Below, piece after piece: positions 12,810 through 24,829 of a stretch of 64,000 nt of DNA. Position numbers and translations under genes: made by a program. The notes below the pieces were generated by a model. That model was not told the DNA's origin. It saw only the letters and a list, made by a program, of their open reading frames with translations, and did no database searches. Within the stretch, counting starts at the first letter, position 1. The number at the start of each line of letters is the position of its first letter. This DNA is from Okamejei kenojei (lineage: Eukaryota), in the NCBI GenBank assembly GCA_035221665.1, contig CM069144.1:37944001-38008000 (forward strand), read 5' to 3'.

Positions 12810-13420
12810 TGACCATCCCGAATTGAGCTTGTGAATATGGTGAAGAGCTGCACTCTTGAACTACAACCGTCTACCTGGTGGAAATGCTCCCACAGTGCAG
12901 TTAGGGAGGAAGTTCCAGGAATCAGATTCAGCCACGATGAAGGGCCTGCAACATATCTCCAAGTCAGGATGTGTGTAATATAGAGAGGAGCTAGCATATG
13001 TATATGCGCCTCTTAATGGCAGAACGCATGGGTTTGGGTGAGTGAGTAACCACAGTGCAGTTTGTACGTGGTAGACACTGCAACCATTGTGCTCCAGTGG
13101 ATGAATGTTTAGTGTGGTATAAGGGGAACCAACCAAGTGAGCTGCTTTGTGCTGAACCGAGGTGTGGTCTTGAATGTTGTCGGAGCTGTCCACATCCACG
13201 GGGGTGGGGAAAGAAAGGATCTTGATCCTAACTTGTGCCTTACAGATGTTGAAAAGGCTTCCGCTGTCAGGAAGTGAGTCACGGACTGCAGGGCACCCAA
13301 TCTCCGAGCTGCTCTGTATCTATCTCACTGACACGGCTACGTTTCCAGTCAATAGTGATCCCTACCCAAACACTAGGACATTGGCATTAGCAATCCCTTT
13401 GCATGGAGTGGGCAGATAGA
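12810..13420 (-). mobile_element. Decayed CR1/L2-group LINE 3' fragment (second family)
   Basis: Encodes QHKAAHLVGSPYTTLNIHPLEH..SVY. Homologous to 19740-20140 (LDTIHDAVVLLTGIPSTTLNIQYLH). Confidence 0.65.
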
Positions 13421-13699
13421 CAGACTCTTGTCTTACCAGGGAGGATTCAGATTGTTGGGAATTCAACAAATGCAAGGCAGGGTGGTCTAAGAATTCCTAA
13501 CAGGGTCTGGATCAGTGTGTGTTCACCAAGAAATTGAACATTTCCTGTGTTGGGCCTGGTTTCATCAAATAGGTTAATCAGACTACACGAGTTAAAATTA
13601 TTATCAATCCACAGTGATATCTACAAAGTCTAACCTACATACAGTATTTGGATGAGTGTCAAGCTGGCACTAAGCAGGATAGTCATCGCCTGTTAAGCA

Positions 13700-14270
13700 A
13701 AGGCATGGATTTCCACCTCCATTTAATGACGCGTCCATCAATCACCTATTCACACTAGTTTTATATCCCACTTTCTCACTCCCAACACACTAGTGGCAAT
13801 TTACAGAAACCAATTAACCTACAAACCTGCATGCCTTTGGTGCGTAGAATAAAACGGGAGCACTCAGAGGAAACCCATGCTGTCACAGCGAGGAAGCGCA
13901 AACTCCGCAGATGCAGCACCCGAGATCGGGATCAAACCAATGTCTCTGGCGCTGTGAGGCAGCAGCTCTACCAGTTGCACCACTGAACAATAGGAGCATT
14001 CTCACTCCTTTCCAGGCCACACATGAGTATTCGTCAAACAGCTCCCGTTTCTTCCCACATCCCAAAGATATGCAGGTCAAGAAAGTTAATTGTTCATTGC
14101 AAACTACCACGAGTGTGTAGGTGTGTGGTAGAATCAGAGAGAACTAGGTGGGAATGCACGGGGATAAGATGTTCAGAATGCTGCAGGTTGAACGGGATTT
14201 GCGGATATGTGTTCTTGCTGGTTGGCACAGATTCGATGGGCTGATTGGCCTGTTTCCGTACTGTACTGAT
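13700..14270. mobile_element. Two diverged HE1-type SINE copies in opposite orientation
   Basis: Minus copy at about 13700-13985 and plus copy at about 14030-14270, both with the V-SINE core cccacatcccaaaga. Confidence 0.7.
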
Positions 14271-14562
14271 TTTTGTTACTGAACTGTACTCTCCTTTATG
14301 ACTTTACCCGATCTGTCATCTGCAACCTGTGCTGTCAATAAAGCAAATATAATAGCTCTTCAAACTGACCCATCACAGCATAAAACGCTTCCAAACTGAG
14401 GAGTCGCTCACATCCCTCACATAATCTTATGGTTTGTTCTTGCCTCCCTGTCTACCTACCCAAGTCATAAACTCAGAAATTGGGTGCATTCCAGCTAATT
14501 GAATGTCAAAATAAAACTCGGGATACAGTGTCACGACCCTTTCCTTGCTAACAATCCAGCAT

Positions 14563-14775
14563 GTGTAAAGGGTTACAGCATTTGGGTGAGAAATGAACAT
14601 TATTAATCCTCTCATTGTAATGGCTCTAAGGAAGTGGCTGTAACCCTCTTCACTGAGTGTAGTGTTGATAAAAACGAGTAACCTCTGCTTCAAGGATGCT
14701 GTTAGTTAAGAAAGGAGTGCGACTCTCTCTAACATAAATGTATATTTATCTGTTGGATGCTGTAACCCTTTACAC
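14563..14775. repeat. 19-bp perfect inverted repeat bracketing about 175 bp
   Basis: gtgtaaagggttacagcat (14563-14581) versus atgctgtaaccctttacac (14757-14775). Confidence 0.9.
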
Positions 14776-15262
14776 TTAATGCACTGTTAACTAGGGATGA
14801 CTACAACCCTCTACACTTAATGCACTTCCACAGCACACACTAGCTATTTTGAACTGTCTAATGACTTTGAAAATTATACAGTACAAAATTACAGTAATAA
14901 GTATTGTGGGAAAAAGAGTATAGACAGAACTTCACATGGAAAATTGTTTAATTAATAGTATTCTACAGAATGAGTTAGCATGTCATTATTAGCAGCTGGA
15001 TATAAGATGGTGCCTTCACTGACAGAGCAAACAAGACAGGAGAACTTCAGATTACTACTCGCCCCACTTCACTGTTTTGGTGGGTGATGGAGCAGACAAA
15101 ATCTCTAATGCACAAAGTATACCTTTTTGTAAATCCCAGCCTTCCTGCCTCTGAACCTCTGTATGCTAGGGAAGTTCAAAGGCCCTCTTATCATCTCGTA
15201 GTGTGGTATAGTTCCATGAATCTAGTAGAAGTCTCAAAATGACATCAATGCTAATAGTTCTA

Positions 15263-15472
15263 TGTGTAGGAAAGAACTGCAGATGCTGGCTTAAACCAAA
15301 AATAGACACAAATGTTGGAGTAACTCAATGAGTCAGACAACATCTCTGGAGAAAAGGAATAGGTGACGTTTCGGGTTGTGACCCGCATTCCGACTGAAGA
15401 AGTTCCGAAGAAGTCTTGACCCGAAACATCACTTATTTCTTTTCTCCAGAGATGCTGTCTGACCCGCTGAGT
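15263..15472. mobile_element. Inverted (head-to-head) pair of Penelope-derived hammerhead units
   Basis: catctctggagaaaaggaataggtgacgtttcgggt is mirrored by acccgaaacatcacttatttcttttctccagagatg. Confidence 0.8.
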
Positions 15473-15765
15473 TTAGTTTATTAGTTTAGAGATACAGCGC
15501 GGAAACAGGCCCTTCGGCCCACCTAGTGCGCGCCAACCAGAGATCCCCGCACATTAACACACACACACACACACAACAATTTTTATCAAAGCCAATTAAC
15601 CTGCAAACCTGTATGTCTTTGAAGTGTGGGAGGAAACCGGAGCGCCTGGGGAAAACCCATGCAGGTCACGGGGAGAACATACAAACTCTTCACATATAAG
15701 CACCCGTAGTCAGGATCATCCCAGGTCTCTGACGCTGTAATGCAGCACTCTACTGCTGCGCCACC
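15470..15765 (-). mobile_element. HE1-type V-SINE
   Basis: Full head, core and (ctaaa)n tail on the minus strand; contains a short (CA)n. Confidence 0.9.
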
Positions 15766-15824
15766 AGCTTTTTGTATCTGTCTCATAGTTCTACATTCGC
15801 CATATCCGCCACTCTGTAAGCTGA

Positions 15825-16030
15825 AACAGATCCCACACCATCTTTATATTTGCCAATTACACCATCATTATTGGCCAGGTAATGGGTAACGATGAGTCTG
15901 AATACAAGTGTAGAATCGATAATCTGGTTTGTACGGGTCCCAGAACAGCAATCTTGCTCTCAATGTTAGGAAGACCAAGGAGCTGATTGTTAACTTCAGA
16001 AAGGGAAATCCGAGGGTACCTGAATCTGTC
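15825..16030 (+). mobile_element. Rex1/Babar LINE RT fragment
   Basis: Encodes QNSNLALNVRKTKELIVNFRKG, which matches the Rex1 NLxLNVSKTKELIVDFRK motif. Confidence 0.8.
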
Positions 16031-16034
16031 TTAG

Positions 16035-16400
16035 ATAAAACATAGAACATAGAACAGTGCAGCATAGGAACAGGCCCTCCAGCCCATAATGCTTGTGCTC
16101 AACATGATGCCTCGCTGAACTGATGTGATCTGCCTGCAATTGATCCTTATCCCACCATTCCCTGCAAATCCATGTGCCCGTCTAAAAGCTTCTTAAATGC
16201 TACTATCGTGCCTACCTCCACCACCACCTCTGGTAATTCGGCCCAGACCACCACTACCCTCTGTGTAAAAAACCGGCCCCACATATCACCATTATATTTT
16301 GCACCCCTCTCACCTTATAGTTATACCCTCTAGTGTTAGACATTTCCACCCTGGAAAAAGGGTTGTGACTGTCTATCATATCTATGCTTCTCATAATTTT
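16035..16400 (-). mobile_element. CR1-type LINE 3' end
   Basis: Encodes FSRVEMSNTRGYNYKVRG; the (ttctatg)n tail appears as catagaacatagaac. Confidence 0.8.
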
Positions 16401-16404
16401 GTTA

Positions 16405-16970
16405 GCAGGGTGACTAGAGTGGGGCAGGGGATGGAGAGAGAGGGAATGCAAGGGAAAAAGAGAAAAAAATATTTATACCGCTCCCCCACCCTCACCGTCG
16501 TGCTAGTTTCACTGTTTGTATCCATTCGTTATCACCTCTTCTGCATCCAACAATGGACCATTGTGGGCTCCACCTTTCCTTGGTCATCGTGCCATAACTG
16601 ATTTATTTTGAACCTTTTCACACATCTGGTTTCCCTCTCCCATTGACTATCAGTCTAAAGAATATCTCGACCCGAAACGTCACCCATTCCTTTTCTCCAG
16701 AGATGCTGCATGACCCGCTGAGTTACTCCAGCATTTTGTTTCTCTCTTCGGTGTAAACCGGCATCTGCAGTTCCTTCCTACACATTCTGTCCTGAACAAA
16801 CCTCTCTTCCAGTTTTCTCCCCTCCCACCCCCACCCCCACCACAATCAGTCAGAAGAATGGTCCTGACCTGAAAGGTTACCCATCCATGTTCCCCAGAGA
16901 TGCTGCCTGACCCACTGAGTTACTCCAGTACTCTGTCTTTTTTTGTAAACCAGTACCTGCACTGGCTTGT
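16405..16970 (+). mobile_element. Penelope 3' UTR with two tandem hammerhead-bearing units
   Basis: Units at about 16650-16785 (gacccgaaacgtcacccattcc) and 16848-16965. Both CTGAAGA cores are degenerate. Confidence 0.75.
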
Positions 16971-17183
16971 GCCTCCAACCATACGACATCCTGACTGGGC
17001 AGAATGTGGAGCACAATCAGGTACTTGTGTTGCTTATTCCCACTCCTGCTTTTTGCATAAATGCAAACATTTTTTTCTCTTTATTCAATTACCCCAGGCG
17101 AAATCCTACACAATCCTTTCCTTAAACCATTTAATCCCAGTGGAATATTCCCCCCATAATTGGTAGAAATAATTAAACCTGTG

Positions 17184-17324
17184 CAGTCCATCGAGGAACT
17201 TAACAGAGTCATATGTGTCATAACCCTGGAAACAAATAAGATCTGGGTAAATAAAATATTCACACAAGGAAAACTGTAAACAGCTGAAGTTATTCACTCC
17301 ACAGAAGTGAGCAGAGTGGCTGGA
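17184..17324 (+). repeat. ~140-bp diverged direct repeat, copy 1 (empty site for MITE)
   Basis: Matches 17966-17984 plus 18576-18694 (ccatcgaggaactta ... gtgtcataaccctg ... cagctgaagttattcact). Confidence 0.9.
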
Positions 17325-17984
17325 GACAGCTAGCAGTACGTGTGATTTTAAAATCTATTCAGAGTCTGTGCTTACTGACTTCAAAGGGCACTGTAAGCTC
17401 ACAGGGGAGTGTTCTAACAAGCCCTTTTCCTCTGATCGCCCAGAGCAAGGCATTGTAATTCCTTCCTTTCCAGCTGCAACATGTTCAATGCTGAGCAGAA
17501 ACAGCAACATCAATAACCTGTATTTATACGGCACCTGAAATGCCATAATGCAACTCAGGATGGTCCACAGTCATGAAACAAAGCGTGATGAGATTCCAGG
17601 TCTTGGTACAAGCAGCAGGCATCTGGGAGCCTTGTAATGGAGGAAAGAGAGGTACGGATTTGGAGTGGCTTAAGGAGCCAATTCCCAAACCTTGGACAGA
17701 GGGTGGTGAAGACACAGCTGCCAGCCGTGGATGGTCAGGGTCACAGGCGCTCACAAGACCGGAATCGAAGGTGTGCGGAAGTCAGACAGGTTCTCACCGG
17801 GGGAAAGCAATGAGAAACATGCGGAGGTGGATTTTTTTTTAAAAACGTGATAGGAACTATAAATCAATGACGTTGGTTATCAAGTCAGTGAGCACAGGAA
17901 TAAATAAAGGGGAAATGTTTCGAGTTAGTAAATCCAGAACGGATTTTCAAAGGACTTGATGTTTACAGCCCATCGAGGAACTTA

Positions 17985-18572
17985 TGGGCCTGCCCCATTT
18001 AGGCAACATTGTCGGCGACTGCAGGCGACTATCATAGTCGTAGCAGGTTGCCGAAAAACCCGGCGACTGGACCCCCTACGACAATGTCTACAACAACCTA
18101 CCACCGAGTCGACGCCCCGCAACGGCAAGCTATCGACAACCGGCGACCCATTCGGACATCCACCTACGGCCACACCTGCGACAACCTACGTCCACCCGCG
18201 ACAAGGTAAGACAATTCAGTTGCCTGTACCTGTCGTTGGTTGACATAGGTTGACGTAGGTAGACACCAATGGAATTCACCGAAGTCAGCACCGGCGACAA
18301 CCTCCGTCATCCTGGCGACAACCTACATCAACCTGGCAACAACCTATGACACCACCTACGTCAGGAGGTCAAGCTACGCTCATTGGCGTCACGCCAACTG
18401 TCGCCGAAAAGGTTTGAACATTTCAAAATCCAGTGGCGACCAGAAAAACCCTACGATTCTTTGGGCGACAGAGGAGACTACTCACCATACAGCCTACAAC
18501 CCAGCGACCATGTGGCGACAGCCTAGTCGCCTGTAGTCGCCTAAAAAATCACGCCTAAGTGGGACAGGGGCA
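17985..18572. mobile_element. PIF/Harbinger-type MITE
   Basis: Termini tgggcctgccccatttaggc and gcctaagtgggacaggggca; TTA on both sides; CpG-rich interior built from gcgacaacctac sub-repeats. Confidence 0.85.
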
Positions 18573-18699
18573 TTACTGCCACAGAGTGATTTGTGTCATA
18601 ACCCTGCAAATGAATAAGATCTGGTAGATACAACATTAATTCAGGGAAAACAGCTGAAGTTATTCACTTCGCAGAAGTGAGCAGGCTGGCTGGATTGGA

Positions 18700-19240
18700 G
18701 AGTGAGAGCAGTAAAAAGGCAAATGCAGAAGTAACCAAGGCATGGCTGAACAAGTTTCAGGAGCAGGTGAGATGAGTCAAGGTGAAGTCACATTGGTGGA
18801 AATAAGCAGAAAGATAAGAAATATTGTACAAAGCTCTTCTTTAATTGAAAATACTACCAAGACTGCAAACAGTTAATAGCTTAGAAGTAGAGTTTGAGGC
18901 AGGGAAGCCAGAAAATCACTGCAGCTTATGAAAACTGGAGGAAACTGGCACCTCCTCATTTTAGGAAGGTAGAAAAGGAAACAGAGAGCTATAAAGCTAT
19001 TAGCCTGACGTCAGTCGTTGGGGAAAATGCTAGAACCTATTATTAAGGAAGTGATATAAGAATGGTTAGCATATAATAACAGGATTCGGAAGAACCAACA
19101 TGGATTTAAGAAAGGGAAATCATCTTTGACAAATATTTGAGTTTCTTTGAGCGTATACTTAGCAGGGTAGGGTAGAGAGAGGCAGGGGGTTTTGGGTATC
19201 TGGATTTTCATTAGGCCTTCAATAAGAGCACTTGAAGATG
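18700..19240 (+). mobile_element. Old CR1 RT fragment
   Basis: Remnants of ISLTSVVGKMLE and NQHGFKKGKSSLTN. Confidence 0.75.
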
Positions 19241-19739
19241 GCATGGTCATTAATGCCAAAGCTGCAGCCTGATCGAGGGACAGAAGGGCAGAGTATCATC
19301 ATCACCAGCGGTTTGTCAGGCAATTACGTTGTGAGTACTCAAAGAGTTGCAGCGCAACTTATTTACATTTGGCAAGCTGTCTGCAAGGAGGTCACATTTG
19401 TTCACGTGTCACAAGGGAAGAAACCCCAAAAACACTGCAGATGCTAGAAATATGAAATAGAACCAAAAGCCGGAAACACGGCAGGCCAGCCAGCATCTGT
19501 GAAGTGGGAAACAAAGCCAATCTTCAACGCCAACAACTGGCCCACCTGAAGGTGTTTACAGGATCGAGTTTTTGTTCCAGATTTCCAGCATCTGCAGTGT
19601 TTTACTTTTGGAATGCCAATACACTGTGACGTAACTCAGCTTTTCGCTCTCCACGGATGCTGCCTGACCTGTTGAGTATTTTCACCATTGCCTGTTTTTT
19701 TATACTTTCCAGATAGATCAGCTACAAAAATAACGTGAT

Positions 19740-20140
19740 TACCTGAGCAGGACACTGGCTGCATAGCCTGCAGTGTGACTAACCTCAGGCACCCAAAGAC
19801 TTTCCATCATTTACAAGAACAAGTGGCAAAGTAATGGAATGGAATGCCTGAATGAGCAGAGCTCCAACCATACTCAAGAAGCTAGACACCATCCATGATG
19901 CAGTTGTCCTCTTGACCGGCATACCATCCACCACCCTAAATATTCAATACCTTCATCAGCACTGCACAGTAACTGCAGGGTATAACACCCCAAAATGCAC
20001 TCACCCAGGCAACTCAACAGCACAGGCAAAATATGAGACTCTATCACCAAAAAAATACGAGGGCAATGGGCAGATGGAAACACCACTGCAGTTTCACCTC
20101 CGCCCTGACTTGGAAATACATCACCAGTCCTTCACTGTCA
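19740..20140 (+). mobile_element. Decayed CR1/L2-group LINE 3' fragment
   Basis: Encodes WMSRAPTILKKLDTIHD..LLTGIPSTTLNIQYLHQHCTV. Confidence 0.65.
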
Positions 20141-20178
20141 TAGTCACACAACATGGAAACAGGCCCTTCAGTCCAACA

Positions 20179-20740
20179 GTGTAGGAAGGAACTGCAGATG
20201 CTGGTTAAAATTGAAGATAGAGGCAAAAAGCTGGAGTTACTCAGCGGGTCAGAGAGAATCTCTGGAGAACAGGAATGGGTGACATTTCGGGTCGAGACCC
20301 TTATTCAGGCTGAGAGTCAGGGGAAAGGGAAATTAGTGATATAGAACAAATGAACGAAAGATATGCAAAACAGTTACAATGATAAAGGAAACAGGCCATT
20401 GTTAGCTGTGGACAAGGTGAAAACGAGTTACAGACTATGAGACTTAACAAGATGACTTTGAAACTAGTACAATGACTGGGGTGGGAGGGGGATGCAGAGA
20501 AAGGGAAAGCAAGGGTTACTTGAAGTTAGAGAAATCAAAACTTATACCGCCGAGTTGTAGGCTGCCCAAGCAAAATATGAGGTGCTGTTCTTCCAATTTG
20601 CTTTTGGCCTCACTCTGACAATGGAGGAGGTCCAGGACAGAAAGGTCAGTGTGGGAATGGGAAGAGGAGTGAAAGTGTGGGAATGGCAACCGGGAGATCA
20701 GGTAGGCCCAGGTGCACTGAACGAAGGTGTTCAGCGAAAC
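20179..20740 (-). mobile_element. Penelope-like element 3' end: GIY-YIG endonuclease C-terminus, 3' UTR and hammerhead-bearing terminal unit
   Basis: Encodes HFHSSSHSHTDLSVLDLLHCQSEAKSKLEEQHLIFCLGSLQ...FSNFK*. Downstream on the same strand is ctgaataagggtctcgacccgaaatgtcaccc (about 20278-20310). Confidence 0.85.
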
Positions 20741-21379
20741 AGTGGAGAAAACGCTGGAAAACAGCAGGCCAGGCAGCATCTGTGGAAAGAGAAATTGCCA
20801 ACATTTTGGGTCTCTGACCCTTCCTCGGAACTGGGAAAGAGCAGGATACGTTAGTTTTTATCTTGCTGTTTTAAGTTGCCTCCATTTCAATTGCTGATAT
20901 TAAATGTAATTGATTCTATCTGTTCTCTCAGAGACTTAGGGAATGAAGCGGCAATGAAACTATTTGAGTGATCGATAAAGAATTTCAAAATGGGGCTGTT
21001 GCCACAGTGGAAACCAATGTGTCTGTATGGGCACAGTGCTAGTGGGGGAACCCTACACAAGCAGCAGGGAAGTGAGTGTGGGAGACTAAAGTTATTGGGA
21101 GAGGTTCCAGACACTAATTTGCTGACCAAGTGGTGTCAGTGCTGCCTACATTAATTCTAGCTGTCAAACCAGCTCATCTTACTTATTGGGGCACTGCAAG
21201 TAACTTAATGACAGAGCCAGCTACTCATCAACTTGATAAAAGGTCATCATCGCGATAGGTCACCAAGCTGAAGCATCCGTTTCTGCTTCCACAAACCCTG
21301 CCTAACAGAATGTAGACATCTACATAGTCATTAAATCCAGGCCCTTTAGTTCAACAAATCTGTGCCAACCATCTAGCAC

Positions 21380-21965
21380 ACACAGGGAGTGATATTGTAT
21401 GAAGCAGGCCATGTGACGCATGAAGTCCTCATTAACCCATCAAGCAACCACCTGCACTATCCCCACACTAATCTCACTTTATTCTCAACATTGTTCTCAA
21501 TGTCCCCGAGAATCTATCACTCACCTACATGTTAAGGGCAATTTACAGCATCCTATTAAACCATCGAGCAAAACTTTACATTTTTGAGATGTGGGAGGAA
21601 ACCCATGCAGTCACAAGGAGAACGTGCAAACTTCACACAAACAGCACCAGAGATCAGAATTCAACCTGTGTCACTGTTGCTGTGCTAACTGCCTAAAGCA
21701 CTCTTTGACACTAATCTTACACTAATCCCACTTTTTAGTGAAATGCATTGTTATCAACTCCCCCTCAGATTCTACCCCTCACCTCCACAATAGTGGAAAC
21801 TCACTGTGCCAATTAACCCACGTGTCCTTGTAGTACCAGGAGGTAACACATGCGGTCACAGGGAAAACAAGCATACTCCACACAGACAGCAGCCAAGGTC
21901 AGGATTGAACCTAGGATGCTGGAGTAGTAAAGCAGCAGTCCACCAGATGTGCCACTGTACCATCC
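21380..21965 (-). mobile_element. Two diverged HE1-type SINEs
   Basis: gtgggaggaaacccatgcagtcacaaggagaacgtgcaaact and related core segments occur twice. Confidence 0.7.
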
Positions 21966-23472
21966 CACTGATCCGCTGAGTGTTTCAAGCATTTTATCTG
22001 CCATTTCTGCCTTTTGTATTTTTACTCACAAATTGATGTTTGGGTCTGATGGGCCAGAGGGAAACAGGAGAAGAATCAAATCAAGAAGATGCTGAAGTAT
22101 TTTTTTTATGAATAGAAATCATTTTCCAGGATGATTCATCCACAAATATCATTGCATTCCCCTCACCCCTTGTGAATTCAAAAGGTTGGAAGATTAGTGC
22201 AGTGCAATAATAGTAAACCTTGATTTGTTCATAACTGGCTGATTCTTTTTAGCCACTTACTAACTGATGGAGCTTTTATCAGCAATTAATGGTGGATTCT
22301 GCAGTCAGCATGAAGTTCTGTTGGTATTGTGAGTGGCACTTTGTATGCCAATCAATGAACTGAAATATATTCCACCAACAGCTTGCAAAACACACTGCAG
22401 ATTAATCAGAGAAAACCATGACAATGGACCTCACGGAATCGCACTGGGGGAAAAATAATCAGCAAATAGACAAAGGGAAAACTGCAGGATGGAGGACAAA
22501 ACGTTTGGATAAAGAGTAATTCAAGGGTAGCTCACAGCCACAGATGGTGCTGGAAGGGTTCACAGAGGATATTTCCTGGGCAAGTCTTTGATGGCAAAGT
22601 GCCAGTACGTGAAGAGAAGAGCAAAGTACTAAAGACCATTCAAATAAGTGATTTACAGTGTCAGGAAAGTTGTTTACTATAGATAGCATGCTGTACACGA
22701 GAATTTTAAGCACTGTGGACAGGGACCCTATCTAAACCACAAGGAGCTGAGCTAGTTATCAGTATCACAATACCAACTGACTGCAAGCCAAATCACCATG
22801 ATTTCACACACTGATGTTACTAACAGTGGATTACAGGAACAATTTACGCAGGCTCTGGTGGAACAGTCGAGAATGAAGGGCCAGTCATAGTGTCATAGAG
22901 TAATGCAACACAGAAACAGGCCCATCGGGCTAACCTGCCTTAAGTTCATTTAAAATGGAATAGATAGACATTTCATCCCACAATTGGTGGAGAATCTCTG
23001 GAATTCTCAACAGAGGGGTTGAGGAGGCTAGATAATTGTGAGATGGACGTAGACAAATTATGAAATGTTGGGGAAATGTGGACCATGGAAAACTAGCACA
23101 GTGGAGGAGTAGAAGCCTGGGGCAGATGTAATGATCATATTGAATGATGGGACAGGCTTGAAGGCCGAGTGGCCCATTCATGAGCTATAACACATTTGGA
23201 ACAGAACAGTCAGCGAGGCTTTGTCTGCAGCTTAAAGCGAATGAGTTTTGAGTCAGTGATGAAGGTGATTGATGAGGATACAGCAGGATATTGTCTTCAT
23301 TGATTTAGGAAGGTCTTATAATAAAGTCCCTCATGGTAGGCAGATCCAGAAGATTAAGTTGCATGGGATCCATTGTGACTTGTTAGTTGGCTTGATAAGT
23401 AGAACAGACTTACCCATAGAAAACAGAGGGTGGGGGTGGAAGCGTCTTATTCTGGTTAGAGGTTGGTGACTA

Positions 23473-23776
23473 GCGGCGGCATGGTGTAGCAGCGGTAGGG
23501 TTGCTGCCTTACAGCGCCAGAGACACAGGTTTGATCCTGACTACAGGTGCTTTCTTTAAGGAGTTTATATGTTCTCCCCATGACCGCGTGGGTTTTCTCC
23601 AGTTGCTCCGGTTTCCTCCCACACTCCAAAGGCGTACAGGTTTGTAGGTTAATTGGCTTCGCCAAAGATTGTAAATTGTCCCTCGTGTGTAAGATAGTGC
23701 CAGTGTACAGGGATCGCTGGTCAGCGCGGACTCGGTGGGCTGAAGGTCCTGTTTCCATGCAGTATCTGTAAACTAA
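23473..23776 (+). mobile_element. HE1-type V-SINE, full length
   Basis: gcggcggcatggtgtagcagcggtag head, V-SINE core, and tail ggactcggtgggctgaaggtcctgtttcc...taaactaa. Confidence 0.92.
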
Positions 23777-23848
23777 GAGTGTTCCACAAGGATCTGTGCT
23801 GGGACCTTACAGTATATATATTTATAAATGTAAATAGAGATGTGTTAA

Positions 23849-24154
23849 TGGGCCTGTCCCACTGTACGAGCTAATTCTCCCGAGTTTCCTGAACTCGGAG
23901 AATTACGGTAATAGGCGCTCGTAGGTACTCGGGGCTCTCATGGACATTTTTTCAACATGTTGAAAAATCTTCACGAGTCTTCACGAGCATATCGTTAACG
24001 TTACGAGCACCTGCCGTTAACGTTACGAGCCGCTAAGAGACGTCCCGAGCTCCGACGTACCCACTACATACATTCTACGTGCTTACCACGAGTTTGATTT
24101 TTTTTTTAAACTCGGGAGAGCTCTTGAATTACCTCGTACAGTGGGACAGGCCCT
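23849..24154. mobile_element. PIF/Harbinger-type MITE
   Basis: 28-bp TIR gggcctgtcccactgtacgag(c/g)taattc with one mismatch; flanks TAA and TTA; internal duplicated cgttaacgttacgagc. Confidence 0.9.
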
Positions 24155-24829
24155 TTAGATAGTAAGTTTGCAGACTGCACCAAAATTGGTAGGATTTGCA
24201 AATAGTGAGGGAGGCTATCAAAGGATAGAGCGAGATATTGATCAGTCACAGATAAAGTTACCGACGTCCCTCTCCTCGCCCAACTGTCTTTGTGTCCCGG
24301 GGTGCCTCCTGCAGCTGATCTTGTAGGTGCTGGAAGCAAAACCCTGGTCCCTCTCCTACCGGCCCACTCCTCACGTTCGTCACCGCCTCCCTCATCCGTG
24401 GCTCTCTAGTTCTCGGGGCTGAGCTCAGCGGCTTCTGGGCTTCCCCCCCGCGGACGCCGCTGCTTGCCAGGTCCCTAATGGCAGTGAAAAAGGGCTGCCG
24501 CCACGTATTGCCGTGGACAGTACACGTGCCTGTTCATTCAGCTCCACAGCGCATCCTGGAAGTCTTCTGCCGCCACCACAGCACATCCCAGGAGTCTTGA
24601 GAACGTGGTGAGAAACTGTTTTCTTGAACCCTGTGGTTCTTCTGGTGAAGATACTTCCACAGAGCCATTTGGGGAGAGAGTTCCAGTAATGAAGGACCAG
24701 TGGTCGTTCAAACAAAGATAGTGGGTGACTTGGAGGGGACTCTGGAGGTGGTGGTGTCCCCATGCATTCACTGCCATTCTCCTTTGTGTTTGATGACAAC
24801 ACGAAGATTCTGAGACAGGACATTGATGT

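Larger units (their letters stand above)
23200..24250 (+). mobile_element. CR1 RT fragment hosting a SINE and a MITE
   Basis: Encodes YNKVPHGR...LHGI; ggatctgtgctgggacc and agtaagtttgcagac resume after the inserts. Confidence 0.8.

Noticed and set aside
17956-18243. ORFs within the MITE
   Set aside because: They arise from GC-rich sub-repeats and show no transposase motifs.
23473-23550. tRNA genes at SINE heads (A/B-box-like motifs)
   Set aside because: They are tRNA-derived heads continuous with the SINE core and do not form a complete cloverleaf.
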